Origin: a candidate division FCPU426 bacterium
GTDB lineage: Bacteria; Oederibacteriota; JAAXVQ01; JAUVAV01
DNA length: 64,000 bases
Direction: 5' to 3'
Assembly (NCBI GenBank): GCA_040756875.1
Contig: JBFLYH010000002.1
Location: 47,481 to 111,480, forward strand
The notes under the pieces were generated by a model, which had not been told where the DNA came from, did no database searches, and worked only from the letters and a program-made list of their open reading frames with translations. Numbering within the stretch: the stretch's first letter is position 1; each line of letters begins with the position of its first letter. Below, one piece after another: positions 1 through 10,900 of the stretch. Both the position numbers and the translations under genes were made by a program.

Positions 1-19
1 CAACGATGGGTCACGGTGT

Positions 20-694
20 TCACGCTTTACGCTCCTTAAAGCAGGCCAGGTCGACGGTCCGGCTGACGATCTCGCGAACCTGGCGCTGTTGTTCGTGGAT
101 ACTCAAGGTGGCATCCACGGTCGTGAAGTGGTAGGCGGTCGCCAGGCGGTCGTATTGGGCCATGACGCGCTCCTGGAAAAGCCGGAAGCTTTCCTGTATG
201 TCACTCGACAACCCCAGGTCCATGCCCGCTTCGAAATATTTCAGGCTCGGCCGGCCGGTCAAAATGCGGCCGAGGGCGGTTTGCAGGGGCAGGCGAAAAT
301 AGAAAGTCAGGTCCGGCCGCCGTGCGAAACCATAGAGGTTTTCCAGCCAGGAATCGGCGCACCCCCGCACGGCATCGCGCGCGAAGGCGGTGAACATGTA
401 GCGGTCGCACAGCACCAGGTAGCCGCCCTTGAGCATGGTCAGAATCTGGCGCTCATAGCGGTCTGCGAAATCGGTGGCGTGGATCAGGCTGAACGTGGCG
501 GGGGTGAGCAGCTGCTGTTTTTTGCCTTTGCGCGTGGCTTCCCGCACCAGTTGGCTGGAGTTCCATTCGGTAAAGAACACTTTGCAGCCAAGGCCGCTCA
601 GCCAGCGGTATAAAAGATAGACCTGGGTCGATTTTCCCGAACCATCCAGACCCTCGACCGCGATCAGCTTGCCGGTAATCGGCGATTCATCCAT
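20..694 (-). CDS. tmk: Thymidylate kinase-like protein (dTMP kinase family)
   Basis: P-loop GKLIAVEGLDGSGKSTQ and LCDRY motif. Start moved to ATG 694, which has GGGAGG upstream and overlaps the ppx stop. Confidence 0.85.
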   Translation of the reverse strand: MDESPITGKLIAVEGLDGSGKSTQVYLLYRWLSGLGCKVFFTEWNSSQLVREATRKGKKQQLLTPATFSLIHATDFADRYERQILTMLKGGYLVLCDRYMFTAFARDAVRGCADSWLENLYGFARRPDLTFYFRLPLQTALGRILTGRPSLKYFEAGMDLGLSSDIQESFRLFQERVMAQYDRLATAYHFTTVDATLSIHEQQRQVREIVSRTVDLACFKERKA

Positions 695-2255
695 GGATGG
701 GCCTCCCAAGGTATTCCAATCGGACCGGGTATCCGAACAGATCGGTAAACAACCGTGCCTTGCGCTTTAGCGACCAGACTTCGAGGGGTCTGATCCGCCG
801 CCCTTCCAGGCTCAGCACCAGCGCGTTTTTTTCGATTCGGGCGGCTGCGGCGCGCACATTTTGCGTGTGGTCGCGGTCCAGCGCGTCTGCCAGGCGCAGC
901 AACGAGGCGAGCACCGCAACCCGCCGCTGGTCGTCCGAAGAAAGCCGGGCGAAATGCTCGTGCCGCAGTTGGGGATGACTCTTGCGGTGGTAGCGGGCCA
1001 CATTGGCGATCATCAGCATGTCGCTCTCGGTGCACCCGGGCAGTTCGGACTGCAGCACCAGGTACAGGGAGTGCTTGTGGTGCTTTTTTAAGCTGACAAA
1101 GCCGCCCACATCGTGCAGCAGGCTCGCGGCCATCAGCAGCCGCCCGTCGTCGCGCCGCAACTGGTGCAGGCTGCGCAATTGTTCGAAGATCGACATGGCC
1201 AGACGCGTCACCTGCCGGCAATGGGCTTCGTCAATGCGGTAATGCCGGCCCAAGGCCAGGGCCGCACGAAACAATTCCTGCTCCCGCTCCTGGTCGTGCC
1301 GCTCGTCCGGAAACAGACGGGCAACGACGTCCAGCAGCAAGCCTTCCTTGGTGCCCCAGTCGCTGACTAAAATCTGGCGTTTGCCGCCCAGCCGGCCGAT
1401 GCGGTCGTGGACCAATGCGGCCGGCAGAATCACATCCGCCCGGTCGGGCCGAAGTCCCAGCGTGCGGATGCGTTGTTCAACCGTGAGCCGGGCCAGGCGC
1501 CGGGTGATGGCCCCGAGCGCGTTCAGCCTCAGCACGCGCATGCCTGGGCGCAGCTGGGGTGCGCCGGCCAGCCGGGCCAAGACTTCGCTGTTGCCTCCGG
1601 TGGCCACAATGCCGGCCAGCGGCCGGGAGGCTTTGGTCAGCGCGGTGCGCAGGGGCTTGAGGTAATCCTTCACCAGGCGCTGCAGGTTTTGCGGCGGCTG
1701 GTGCGGCGCGCCAAGCTCGGCCAGTAGGCGCACCGTGCCCAGGGTGTGCGATTCGCTCCAGTGAATTCTGTCTTGGTCCGCCAGGCACAGTTCCAGGCTG
1801 CCGCCGCCTAAATTCATGACCAGCCAGGGTTTGCTGCCCAGGGGCTGCAGCTGCCTGACGGCTCGCACCACCAACCGGGCTTCTTCCGAACCTGAAACCA
1901 CGTCCACAGCCAGCTTCAGCCGCTCCTCGGCCAGACGCAGAAAATCGCGCCGGTTTTTGCTTTCGCGCACCGCGCTGGTGGCGATGGCGCGGTAATGGGT
2001 GATTTGCAGCGCTTGCAATCGGCGGCGGAAAAAAGCCAGGGCCCGAAGCGACGCAGCCAGGGCTTTGGGGTCCAGCCGCCCGTCCCGGAACACACTGGCA
2101 CCTAGGCGCACTGGAACCCGCTTGCTTTCGAGCACCTGAAAGCGGGTCGGCGACGAGAATTCGGCGGCAATAAAACGCATGGCATTGGAACCGATGTCAA
2201 TCCCCGCGGCGCGCAGCGGAAACCAGGGATGCAGCGGCGCAGACAGGGCAGTCAT
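687..2255 (-). CDS. ppx: Ppx/GppA exopolyphosphatase with C-terminal HD domain
   Basis: IDIGSNAMR, ATSAVRES, SGSEEARL, LGGGSLE, RADVILPA, then LLHDVG...HHKHS...LRLADALD. Confidence 0.93.
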   Translation of the reverse strand: MTALSAPLHPWFPLRAAGIDIGSNAMRFIAAEFSSPTRFQVLESKRVPVRLGASVFRDGRLDPKALAASLRALAFFRRRLQALQITHYRAIATSAVRESKNRRDFLRLAEERLKLAVDVVSGSEEARLVVRAVRQLQPLGSKPWLVMNLGGGSLELCLADQDRIHWSESHTLGTVRLLAELGAPHQPPQNLQRLVKDYLKPLRTALTKASRPLAGIVATGGNSEVLARLAGAPQLRPGMRVLRLNALGAITRRLARLTVEQRIRTLGLRPDRADVILPAALVHDRIGRLGGKRQILVSDWGTKEGLLLDVVARLFPDERHDQEREQELFRAALALGRHYRIDEAHCRQVTRLAMSIFEQLRSLHQLRRDDGRLLMAASLLHDVGGFVSLKKHHKHSLYLVLQSELPGCTESDMLMIANVARYHRKSHPQLRHEHFARLSSDDQRRVAVLASLLRLADALDRDHTQNVRAAAARIEKNALVLSLEGRRIRPLEVWSLKRKARLFTDLFGYPVRLEYLGRPIHG

Positions 2256-2340
2256 GGGACGATTCCTGGGTTCACGTCATTCAAAGAGGTCATGGGGGTG
2301 GAGTCTAGACCAGAAAGGTTGCCGCCTGATGCGGAAATGA

Positions 2341-4815
2341 TTAAGAATGTGTGAGCCGTCCGCCGGCCGCCCCCGCCAGTTCCGATTCACGCTCCAGCTG
2401 CGAACGCACGGCAGCGGCTGTTGGCGTCGGCTCCGCTCCAGCGCCGAACGCGCCGCCCAGCAAACCGCCCAGGACATCTTCAGGGCAATAACGGTCTAAA
2501 ACTTCCCGGCGGGCGCGCTGCCTCATTCGCAGGTACCGTTCCGGCTGCAGTTTGCGCCAGGCCAGCACCTCCAGAAGCGCCTGCTCCCAGGCGGCTGTTT
2601 GTCCGGCCGGGACCACCAGCCCGGTTTCCTGATGCCGGACGATTTCCTGCGGCCCGCCCTGGTTCGAGACCACGGCCGGCAACCCGCAGGCTTGGGCTTC
2701 CAGCACAACCATACCGAAGGTATCGGTCGTGCTGGGAAAAACCAGAACATCGGCCGCGCTGTAGGTCCAGGGTAATTCTTCCCGCGGCTGTCTTCCGAGA
2801 AACCGCACACCCGGCCACGAAGCGGTTTTGGCCTGCATTTCTTCTTTATACGGCCCATCGCCGACAATGAGCAGGTTGAGGCGCTGGTCCTGCCCCATCA
2901 GGCGGCGGTAGAGCCCCAGCATAAAATCCATATTTTTATCCTGCGACAATCGTCCCACATATAAAAGCAGCGGCGCCTCAGGGAACGTCAGGCGGGACTT
3001 CAGGCGCTGACGGGCATCGGGCCGGGGGCTGAACAACCCGGTGTCCAAGCCTTTGCGGTAATGAACCAGCTTGCTGGCGTCGTATCCCCGGTCCCGCAAA
3101 ATGCGCAGGTAGTTCTGCGAGGACACTTTAATCTGCCCGCACGCCTGGTAAAACCAGCGGATATAATTTTCCACGAACCGGCCGAGGTCTTCGTCCAGGC
3201 TGAGGGAATGGATTTGGGCGGAGAAATCGGTGTGATAGACGCCAATGCAGGGTATGTTCAGAAGGCGGCCGGCCAGCAACCCCACCAAACCGACCGGCCC
3301 GGGTGTCGAGACGATGATCTCTTCCGGATCGGCCCGGTAAATCAAGTCAATCGCCTTCAGCAGCGACGGTATCCGCAAACTGACTTTTTCGTAGTACGGC
3401 AGCTTCATTTCGCGGATGTACGGAAGCGCCAGCACGATGGGCGGCAGCTGGCCGGATTGTTCCTGCCGCGTGTCCACGGCCGCCGCGATCTGGAGCGGCA
3501 GCCGCTGCTGGTGCGCCAGCCAGGCCGTCTGCTTGATGGTCTCGGCCACGCCGTTGAGATCGCTGTGTGTGTCGGTGAACCACAGAATCCGTTTGGGGGC
3601 TTTTGGCGCGTTTGGAAACAAGGATTGCTTCAGCTCACCGATCAGCGGACGGCCTTGAAACATGTGCCCGACGCTGGTAAAAAACGGAGCCGATAAAAAT
3701 AAGCCGGGGATCAGCGAGGACAGATCCTTGATCAGTTCGATGGCGTCCAGGTGGCGCAGGCTTTTTTCCAGCGATTCGAACAAGGTTCGAAAAAAGGCAT
3801 CGGCCAGTTCGGCCAGTTGCTCGTACACCACCCGGAGCTTATCCTCGATATCCCGGTGCGCGTCGCGCCGGATCCGTTCCACCAGGTCCAGCAGGGCTTT
3901 TTGGATTTTGTCCTGCCGGGCTCCGTTTTTCCAAGCCTTCAGCCGCAATCGGTCCGCCAGAGGCATTTGTCGGCTGTGAAACAGCAGCTCGTTCAATTGA
4001 TGGACGAGCGAGCGGGACAGTCCCGTGGATTTTTCCCTCGAAAAATCGTAGGCGATTTTATAGATGGCGAAAGTGAACCCCTGATAATTGTTGTGCCGGC
4101 CGCCCGGAACCGTCAGCTTGTTCTTGAGTTGCTGTAAAAACTCCTCGGGTGTCGACGCGCCGGCTTGCGTATAGGTCCGTCCCACAAACAAACCCGCGTG
4201 GTCGTCGCTGCCCCCGATGATACCCTTGACCCAGGGGTCCCGGCTGGTGGGCTCGATGCCGTGCCGACGGGCCAGGTCCTCGGTCTGCCGGGGGGTGATC
4301 TGGCGGAGTATGTCCATCCACCCCAGGTTGCTCATTTTATCGCGGCTGCCGTTGATGCCCTCAAAAACGTCAAACAGCAGAAGCAATTTCTCCAGGTGTT
4401 CGCGCCGCAGGCGGTCGTTTACGGAATAGGTTGCATGCGCCACCGCGTGGGCCAGGTCGCGCGCCTTGAGATAATCGCGGAGCTCATAGATGCTGCCGCG
4501 CCGCCGCTCGATCTCGGCGAAATCCTTTTCGTCCAACCCGTATATCAGCACGTGGACTTTGCAGCCGTCTTCCGGGAAATAGGCCGTAGCCTCCATGCCC
4601 GTAAAGACTTCACCGGGATATTTCGCCTGCAGCCGCATAACGCCGTCAATGCGGTTGTGATCCGTGAGCGTGACAAAACGCATGCCATTGGCCTTGGCCA
4701 GGCGAAAAACCTCTTCGGGCTCGGAGTACGATTCGTTGGCTCCGAGCTTTTTCAAGAACCATTCCGACGCATGCCGGGAATATTTAGAGTGCACATGTAA
4801 ATCCGCTCGGGCCAT
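2341..4815 (-). CDS. PHP-domain / GT4 (group 1) glycosyltransferase fusion
   Basis: N-terminal DLHVHSKYS, TLTDHN and GGSDDHAG (PHP); C-terminal YVGRLSQDKN and FPSTTDTFGMVVLEAQACGLP (GT-B). GAGGAGG lies before ATG 4815. Confidence 0.88.
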   Translation of the reverse strand: MARADLHVHSKYSRHASEWFLKKLGANESYSEPEEVFRLAKANGMRFVTLTDHNRIDGVMRLQAKYPGEVFTGMEATAYFPEDGCKVHVLIYGLDEKDFAEIERRRGSIYELRDYLKARDLAHAVAHATYSVNDRLRREHLEKLLLLFDVFEGINGSRDKMSNLGWMDILRQITPRQTEDLARRHGIEPTSRDPWVKGIIGGSDDHAGLFVGRTYTQAGASTPEEFLQQLKNKLTVPGGRHNNYQGFTFAIYKIAYDFSREKSTGLSRSLVHQLNELLFHSRQMPLADRLRLKAWKNGARQDKIQKALLDLVERIRRDAHRDIEDKLRVVYEQLAELADAFFRTLFESLEKSLRHLDAIELIKDLSSLIPGLFLSAPFFTSVGHMFQGRPLIGELKQSLFPNAPKAPKRILWFTDTHSDLNGVAETIKQTAWLAHQQRLPLQIAAAVDTRQEQSGQLPPIVLALPYIREMKLPYYEKVSLRIPSLLKAIDLIYRADPEEIIVSTPGPVGLVGLLAGRLLNIPCIGVYHTDFSAQIHSLSLDEDLGRFVENYIRWFYQACGQIKVSSQNYLRILRDRGYDASKLVHYRKGLDTGLFSPRPDARQRLKSRLTFPEAPLLLYVGRLSQDKNMDFMLGLYRRLMGQDQRLNLLIVGDGPYKEEMQAKTASWPGVRFLGRQPREELPWTYSAADVLVFPSTTDTFGMVVLEAQACGLPAVVSNQGGPQEIVRHQETGLVVPAGQTAAWEQALLEVLAWRKLQPERYLRMRQRARREVLDRYCPEDVLGGLLGGAFGAGAEPTPTAAAVRSQLERESELAGAAGGRLTHS

Positions 4816-4931
4816 GGAACCCTCCTCGGGCATCTTTTGCATGCCGCAACCGGCCCAGCATATACCAGGTTCAGCCGCCGCGGGTTATGGCGAGGATAAT
4901 TCCGGGTTAGATTATGGTTTGGAAGTTATGT

Positions 4932-4953
4932 CCGGCAGCGGCCGGGCTGCCGG
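4932..4953 (-). terminator. GC-rich hairpin just after the stop of the 2,611-aa gene
   Basis: CCGGCAGC-ggccgg-GCTGCCGG, a perfect 8-bp stem. There is no clear U-tract, so it may only be a stabilising hairpin. Confidence 0.35.
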
Positions 4954-4958
4954 CGGAT

Positions 4959-7900
4959 TTAAGCGGCTTGGCCGGCCAGGCGGAAATACCGGCGCCGCAG
5001 AGGTTCCAAAGGGTTGAGATCAAGCTGTATTGGCAGGGCCCGGACCCGGTCAAGCAACGCTCCCAGCAAGCCGGACTGCCCGGGTTTGAGCAGCAGTTCC
5101 GGCACCAAAAGAGCTAACCCGGTGCTTTCGGCAATCTCGGGTTCCCACTTTCCGATCGGTGTGCCGCGAAGCAACGGCATTTGTTCGACCAGGCGGCTGA
5201 AGGTGCGCAAGGCTTCCTCCTGCTCCCTGGGTTGTTTCAGGTTCGTAACCACCCTGACCAAGCTGCGAACCAGGGTTTGAAGCTGGATTTCATTCTGCTG
5301 AAGGGTGAAACGCAGGTACGCCTGGCCGAGGGGGCTGTCGGGTTTTTGCAGGAGTGCGGCCAGCGGGGAATGGTCGCCGCGTAAAACAGCGGCCAGGTAG
5401 GCTTCCGGAGATCGCGCCAGCCACATCTGGTCCAACGCCCACTGCCAGGACTTCGGCCAGCGCCGGCTGAGGCGGAATACGGCGGCGGAAAACAGCCAGC
5501 GGCCGCCTGCGGGCGCGCCGACCCGCTCCGGTTTCCCCCCCTGATACGGCCTGCTCTGCGTTTCCTCGGGCACGCGCCCAATGGCCAGGTCTTCGGCGGC
5601 CACCTGCCTTGCGCTGCTGACTTCCAGAACCTGGCGCACAGGCAGGAGCACGCCCGATTTTTCATGCCACTCCAGCCGGCCGGTGGCCACGCCCAGACAG
5701 ATCCTGCCCAAGTCGCTGGCTAGGGGCAGGGTGTGCACGGCTTCGTCCTGCATCAGAAATCCGCTCTGCAACCACAGCGACTGGCCGAGTGCGGCATCCA
5801 AACGCGCCAAGCTGCCGGGAGCCGCGGTTTCGGCGCCGGCCAACGCCCGCTCGATTTCCTGCCAGCGTTTACACAGCGCCCGCACCGGCCGCGTGGCACG
5901 CAGTGCGCTCAGTGCCTGCAGGCGCGCCTGGGACTGCATCCGCAGGCGGCGGATGGTTTCCGGCATCGCATACACGTACACTTCGCGCACAAACTCTTCT
6001 TCGGTTCGGGTCACCTGCGCCCGCACGGCCGGCGCCTGGGCCTGGATCAGGGCGGCCATGAGATCGCGGCGCACCCAGCCTTGCTCGGTTTGCGGCAGCT
6101 GGTCGGCTTCTCGAATGGCGGTGGCCACCAAGGCCGTGCGGACGTCCCACGGCTCGTCCGCATTCCCCAGTACGCCGGCCAGCGTGGTGAAGTTCGGCTC
6201 GGCGCCCGCCTCCACCTGCCGCGCCAACGCTTCCACCCAGGCATCGCTTCCCTGCCCGGCGGACGTTGGCCCGGCCAGGAGGACCCTGCTTTCGGATTCC
6301 AATTGATCTACGAGTCGCAGCAGGTCGAAAACGCTCAGGCACACCCGCTTGCCGGCCGCGCGCCAAGCCAGGGAGGCCGGTTCTCCGGCGTGCAGGTCGA
6401 CCAGCAGGCGGGTCCGCGGCACACCGGCTTGGGCCCAGGTCCAGTCCCCGGGTTCAAGCCTGGGCCACTCGCGGTCCTGCTGGTAATAATCGTGAGCATG
6501 ATACTCCAGAATAAGCCCGAGCAAAAAACGTTTGGCCATAAACGCCAGCCTTCGCCAGCGACGATTGAGGCTGTCATCGTCGGCAGGCATGCCATTCAGC
6601 AGACTGCGCAGTAGCGCAGCGGGCACATACAGCGTGGGACGGCCGTTTTCACCCTGCTCGCGGTAGCGCCCAAAAAACGCCGGCAATCTGCGGCCTTCGG
6701 ATTCGAGCGCCCGCACCTGGATGGATTGCAGGCGCAGGCCTGTGTGCCGGGCGAACAAGCGCAAAGCCATCGGATCAGGCAGCTGATACTGTCTGAGAAG
6801 ATCGGCCACTTCGGGCCGCCGTTCCGGCAGTTCTTCACCGTCGAAGCGCGGAACCGGGCGGCTGGCGATCCAGAGCCAGACGGCGCCCCGCCACAAGCGC
6901 AGGGGCAGCTGGAAGAAAAAGCCGGCCAGTTGCCAGGGTTGCTTCAGTCTGGCGGGCGCTTGGGCCTCGGGCAGGCGGTCGAACAACGTGGCGAGCATGA
7001 ACCAGCGCCAGGCTCGCGCCAGCCGGCTGCGGGAGGGTGCAACCGGCTGGTTGGCGCCGGGGTCGTCCTGCGCTGCGTGCGCCTGCCAGGCCTGCAAGGC
7101 TTGGGCTTCAGCCTGCGCCTCCCGGGTATTGGCCGGGGGACGTTGGGCTGCGCTTTCCACAGGCGCCTGCTGTTCGGCCAAACCAGCGGCCAGCGGCCAC
7201 CCGGCCGGACGGGTGGCCAGCAGGGCTTCGCGGTACAGACGCAAAGAAAGCGGCGCGCCGCCTTCCCGGCGCAACTGAATGTAAACCGCGGCCTGTTCGA
7301 TCCGTTCGGCCGGATGCCGCATGATCAGGGGATGCGCCTCCAAACCATAGCGCCGCAATATGCGAACCTTGGCGCGCGGGCTGTTGTCCGTCTGCAGCCT
7401 GGTTTTTTCCACCCCTGACCGGCCCTGCCAGGGCAGGGTCAGAAGCATGAACGTCACCTCCCACAGCCAGGCCATTCCGGCCCATGGCTGCCGCGGCTGC
7501 CAGGCTTCCAGCGGCGTGGCCGGCGGCCGGAAAAACAGCGGACGCACGGGAAACCACACACGCTGCCAGCGGGTCCGCGGCTGGACAATGCGCGGGCCTG
7601 CCTGGCCGGCGTGATAGCTTTCAATAATGTCTTCGACCTCTTCTTCCTCGGTCGCCGGCATGAGGCCGGTTTCAGCAGGCACCTGCCGGGTCAGGTTCAG
7701 GGCTTCGCGGTAGAGTTTGACGGTTTCAAGCTCGCCCATCTTAACGCGCTGGTAAATATACTTGGCCGCGGTTTCGAGCTTGGCGCGGCTGGTGCGGAAC
7801 AGAAAGGGATGGGGGATCAGCCCGTACTTCAGCAGCACCACGACTTTTTCGTTGACCTGGTCCCAGCGTCCGTTGAATTCGCGCACATAAGTTCCTGGGC

Positions 7901-10900
7901 GGATGGGAAAACGGACGCCGTAACGGCGTTCCAATACCTGCCGCAGGTATTCCGCCCGTTTTCCGGGATCCTGGGCCGCGCTGTGCAGTTCGAATTCCAG
8001 CGCCACGTCAGCCTCGCGCCGGTTGCCGGCCTCCAGTATCCGCTTGCCGATGAGGGCCAGGGTTTGGGGATCGGCCGCCGTGACTTCAGCCACCAGGTGT
8101 TGCACGCGTTCAAGCGGCAGACCGGCCTGAATCAGCGCCTCGCGAAAGATCATAGCAGCCACGGTGCGGTTGCTGAGCAGGTTGAACATGCGGCGGCGGA
8201 AATAGATCTCCTGGTCCAGGGAAAACACCCCTCCCTCGAGCAGGCTGGACATCCAGGTGGGTTGGCTTTTCTTGGGAACCAGAATGACGCGGCTGGCTTG
8301 GCAGACTTTGCGCAGCCGCTCCCAATCCACGACTTCGTCCGGTTTAAGATAATGATCGAGGTTTTTAATGTACCGGTTGAGAGTTTCCTGCAGGACGTGC
8401 AGCCGGTCAGGCGCCGCCTCGGACACCTGGCTGACTTTATCCTGGTCTTTCAGCACGCTGGAAAAGCCGAGCAGCGAATACATGAAGCTGACGAAAATGA
8501 CCAGCTCCTGCAGGTGCGACCGTAAAAAAGACAGGGCAGCTTGCAATTCAATGACTCGGGTGGAAACGAACGCCGGCAGCAGACCCGGCCATATCGCGTG
8601 CACGCTGGACAAGGCAAAGGCCAGGGACATGGAAAACACCACCAATGCGGCGGGCAGCAGGCTGGCCAGAATAATGACCTTGACCTGCTGGCTGATTTTG
8701 GGGTTTTTCGCCATCTGCAGCCATTGTCCCAGCATAAAGGCCAGCAACACGGTTTGGCCGGCCAGCATGACCGGCAGGGGCAGCGAAAGATAGAAACTGA
8801 GTAATAGCATGCTGGACAACATAAATACAAACAAGATCTGGCGCAGGGGTTGGCCCCGGCCAAAGCTGTCGCGCACGCGCTGGCGGAAAGGTTTGGGGCC
8901 TTGGGTGCGGGCGGGCCGCTTGTTCAGCTGCAGTTCCTTGCGTTTAATGCGATGGAGCCATTCGAGTAAATGCAAAAAGAACTGGGCAAACGAAAGCACA
9001 CCCACGACTTTTTTCAACATGCGCAGAGAAATGGTGGTGCTGTTGCTGGCCAGCACGCTGCTGCCGAAGAAGAGCACGAAGAAAAAACTGGTGGGAAATT
9101 TACACACCTCAATCAGCACGACCGCGCACACGATGCGCAGGGCCTTGGAAACGACGCCATCCAGCCATTCGGTCTTGTTTTTCAGTTTCAACAAACGCAG
9201 GCCGATGATCACCAGAAAGCCTCCGGCCAGGGCAAAGAGCATGACCGCGTTGAAGTTGACCGTGTAGCCCAGCACGGTGCTGTAGTCAAGCAGGCGCGCC
9301 AGGATCATCAGCGCGACAGCCAGCATGGCGGCCAGCGGGGTTTGCTGTTTGGTCAGGCGGTACTCCTTGAGATTCTTCACCAGGGCCGATTTTTGCGCTT
9401 TCCATTCCTCCCGCAAGCCGCCGACCACCTCGTACCACGACAGCAACCGGCGCTGGCGGAGCAGCGCGGTGGCGTAGTTGGAGACAAACGTGAACAGGCC
9501 CAGGGCCAGCAGTACGCCGGCCAAGGCGCCCAGGGTCCAAGCCCAGGTCGGCGGCGCGGGTGACAGGTGCAGCAGGATAGGAACCAGACCCACAGCGAGT
9601 TTGATGTCCCCCAACAGTTCGCCGTAGATGGGCCAGAGCGTAAACCGGCTCTGTCTGCGCTTGGCGATCTGGTCCCGCAGAAACTTCAAGGACGGTTCCT
9701 CGGGCGCCGGGCCGGCCCGGATCGGCGCAGGCCGCCCATTTAAATAGGAAGCAATCAGCAGCAGGCCGGCCAAGCCGGCGCTGGTGCCCCAGGAAACCAG
9801 CGGCGAAATACCCAGACTGAGCGGCAAAGCGGGCTGGAGCACGCCCACGGCTATCACCGCGCCCGCGGCAACCAGGAACACGGCGCCGCGCAGCGGGCTG
9901 ACCCGGCTGGTCAGTGTGGACCAGTTGCCGCTTGCCGCGGCTGCAGCTTTGCCGGCAACAGTGCTTCCCCACAGATAGAGCCGGATTTGGCGATCATGGA
10001 CCTGCGCCTGCCAGCGGGTCCAGGCCTGACCCATGCGTTCAGCCAGACGGAAGCGCTTTCCGGTTTCGGTCCCACGCTGGCGCCACCAAGACCAGGCGAG
10101 CCATGCGGCCACAGCTGCCAGCAGCACCCAAATGCCAATGCCGGCAGCTGGCTGAAGCGCGGGATCGGAAAACCAGGTTTGCCAACCCTCGGTCATTGCC
10201 CCTGGCTGGGCGGCAGCTGCTGCGCCTGGGTCCACTGTCGGCGCAAGGATCGAAGGATCTGGCGTTTGGGGCGCTACCGGCTCTGCTGCCGTTTGCGCAA
10301 TTGGTTCCGGCGCTATTTCCACCAGCTGCCCGTGAATCGGCGTTGTCCCGGTTTGCTGGGGATCGAAATCCACCTTCAGCGTAGTGCCGTAGGCGCTGGG
10401 TTCCCCAGCCGGGTTGAACGAGTGATAGCGGATTTTATTCGGATCCGCCAGTTGGTTGGCCGCCGCAAGTTTGGCAACACCTTCGGGCGCCGGCAAGTTG
10501 GGATAAAGGTGTTTGGCCAGCGCCCACAGGGTGTCGCCCTTGCCTACGTAATACAGCCCTTCGGCGGCGTGTGCAATGCCCTGCAAAGCCAGCGATCCCA
10601 GCGACCCGGCCAGCAGAACGGGCAGAACCCGCAATACGATTCGAACGCCCCGGCGCAGCCAGCGGCGCCACGCCGGATGGTTAGCCGCCGCTTCCGCGGC
10701 CGGCGCCGGACCCCGCCGGAGTCTGGAAGCCAGTCCGTCAAGCGCGCCCAAGGAGATAAAATACGCGTGCAGACTGATATCGCGCGCCTTGGACCGCACA
10801 AGGTCCGCGCGTTTGGCCGCGCCCTGCCACAGCGGCAGGAGGGGCAGCCGGTTAAAATTGACAAAAGGGATCATGCCGGCCAGCAATGCAAAACTCGGCA

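Noticed and set aside
1-23. Possible start of a next gene (GTG with AAGGAG) overlapping the tmk stop
   Set aside because: Only 7 codons are inside the window, so no product can be assigned.
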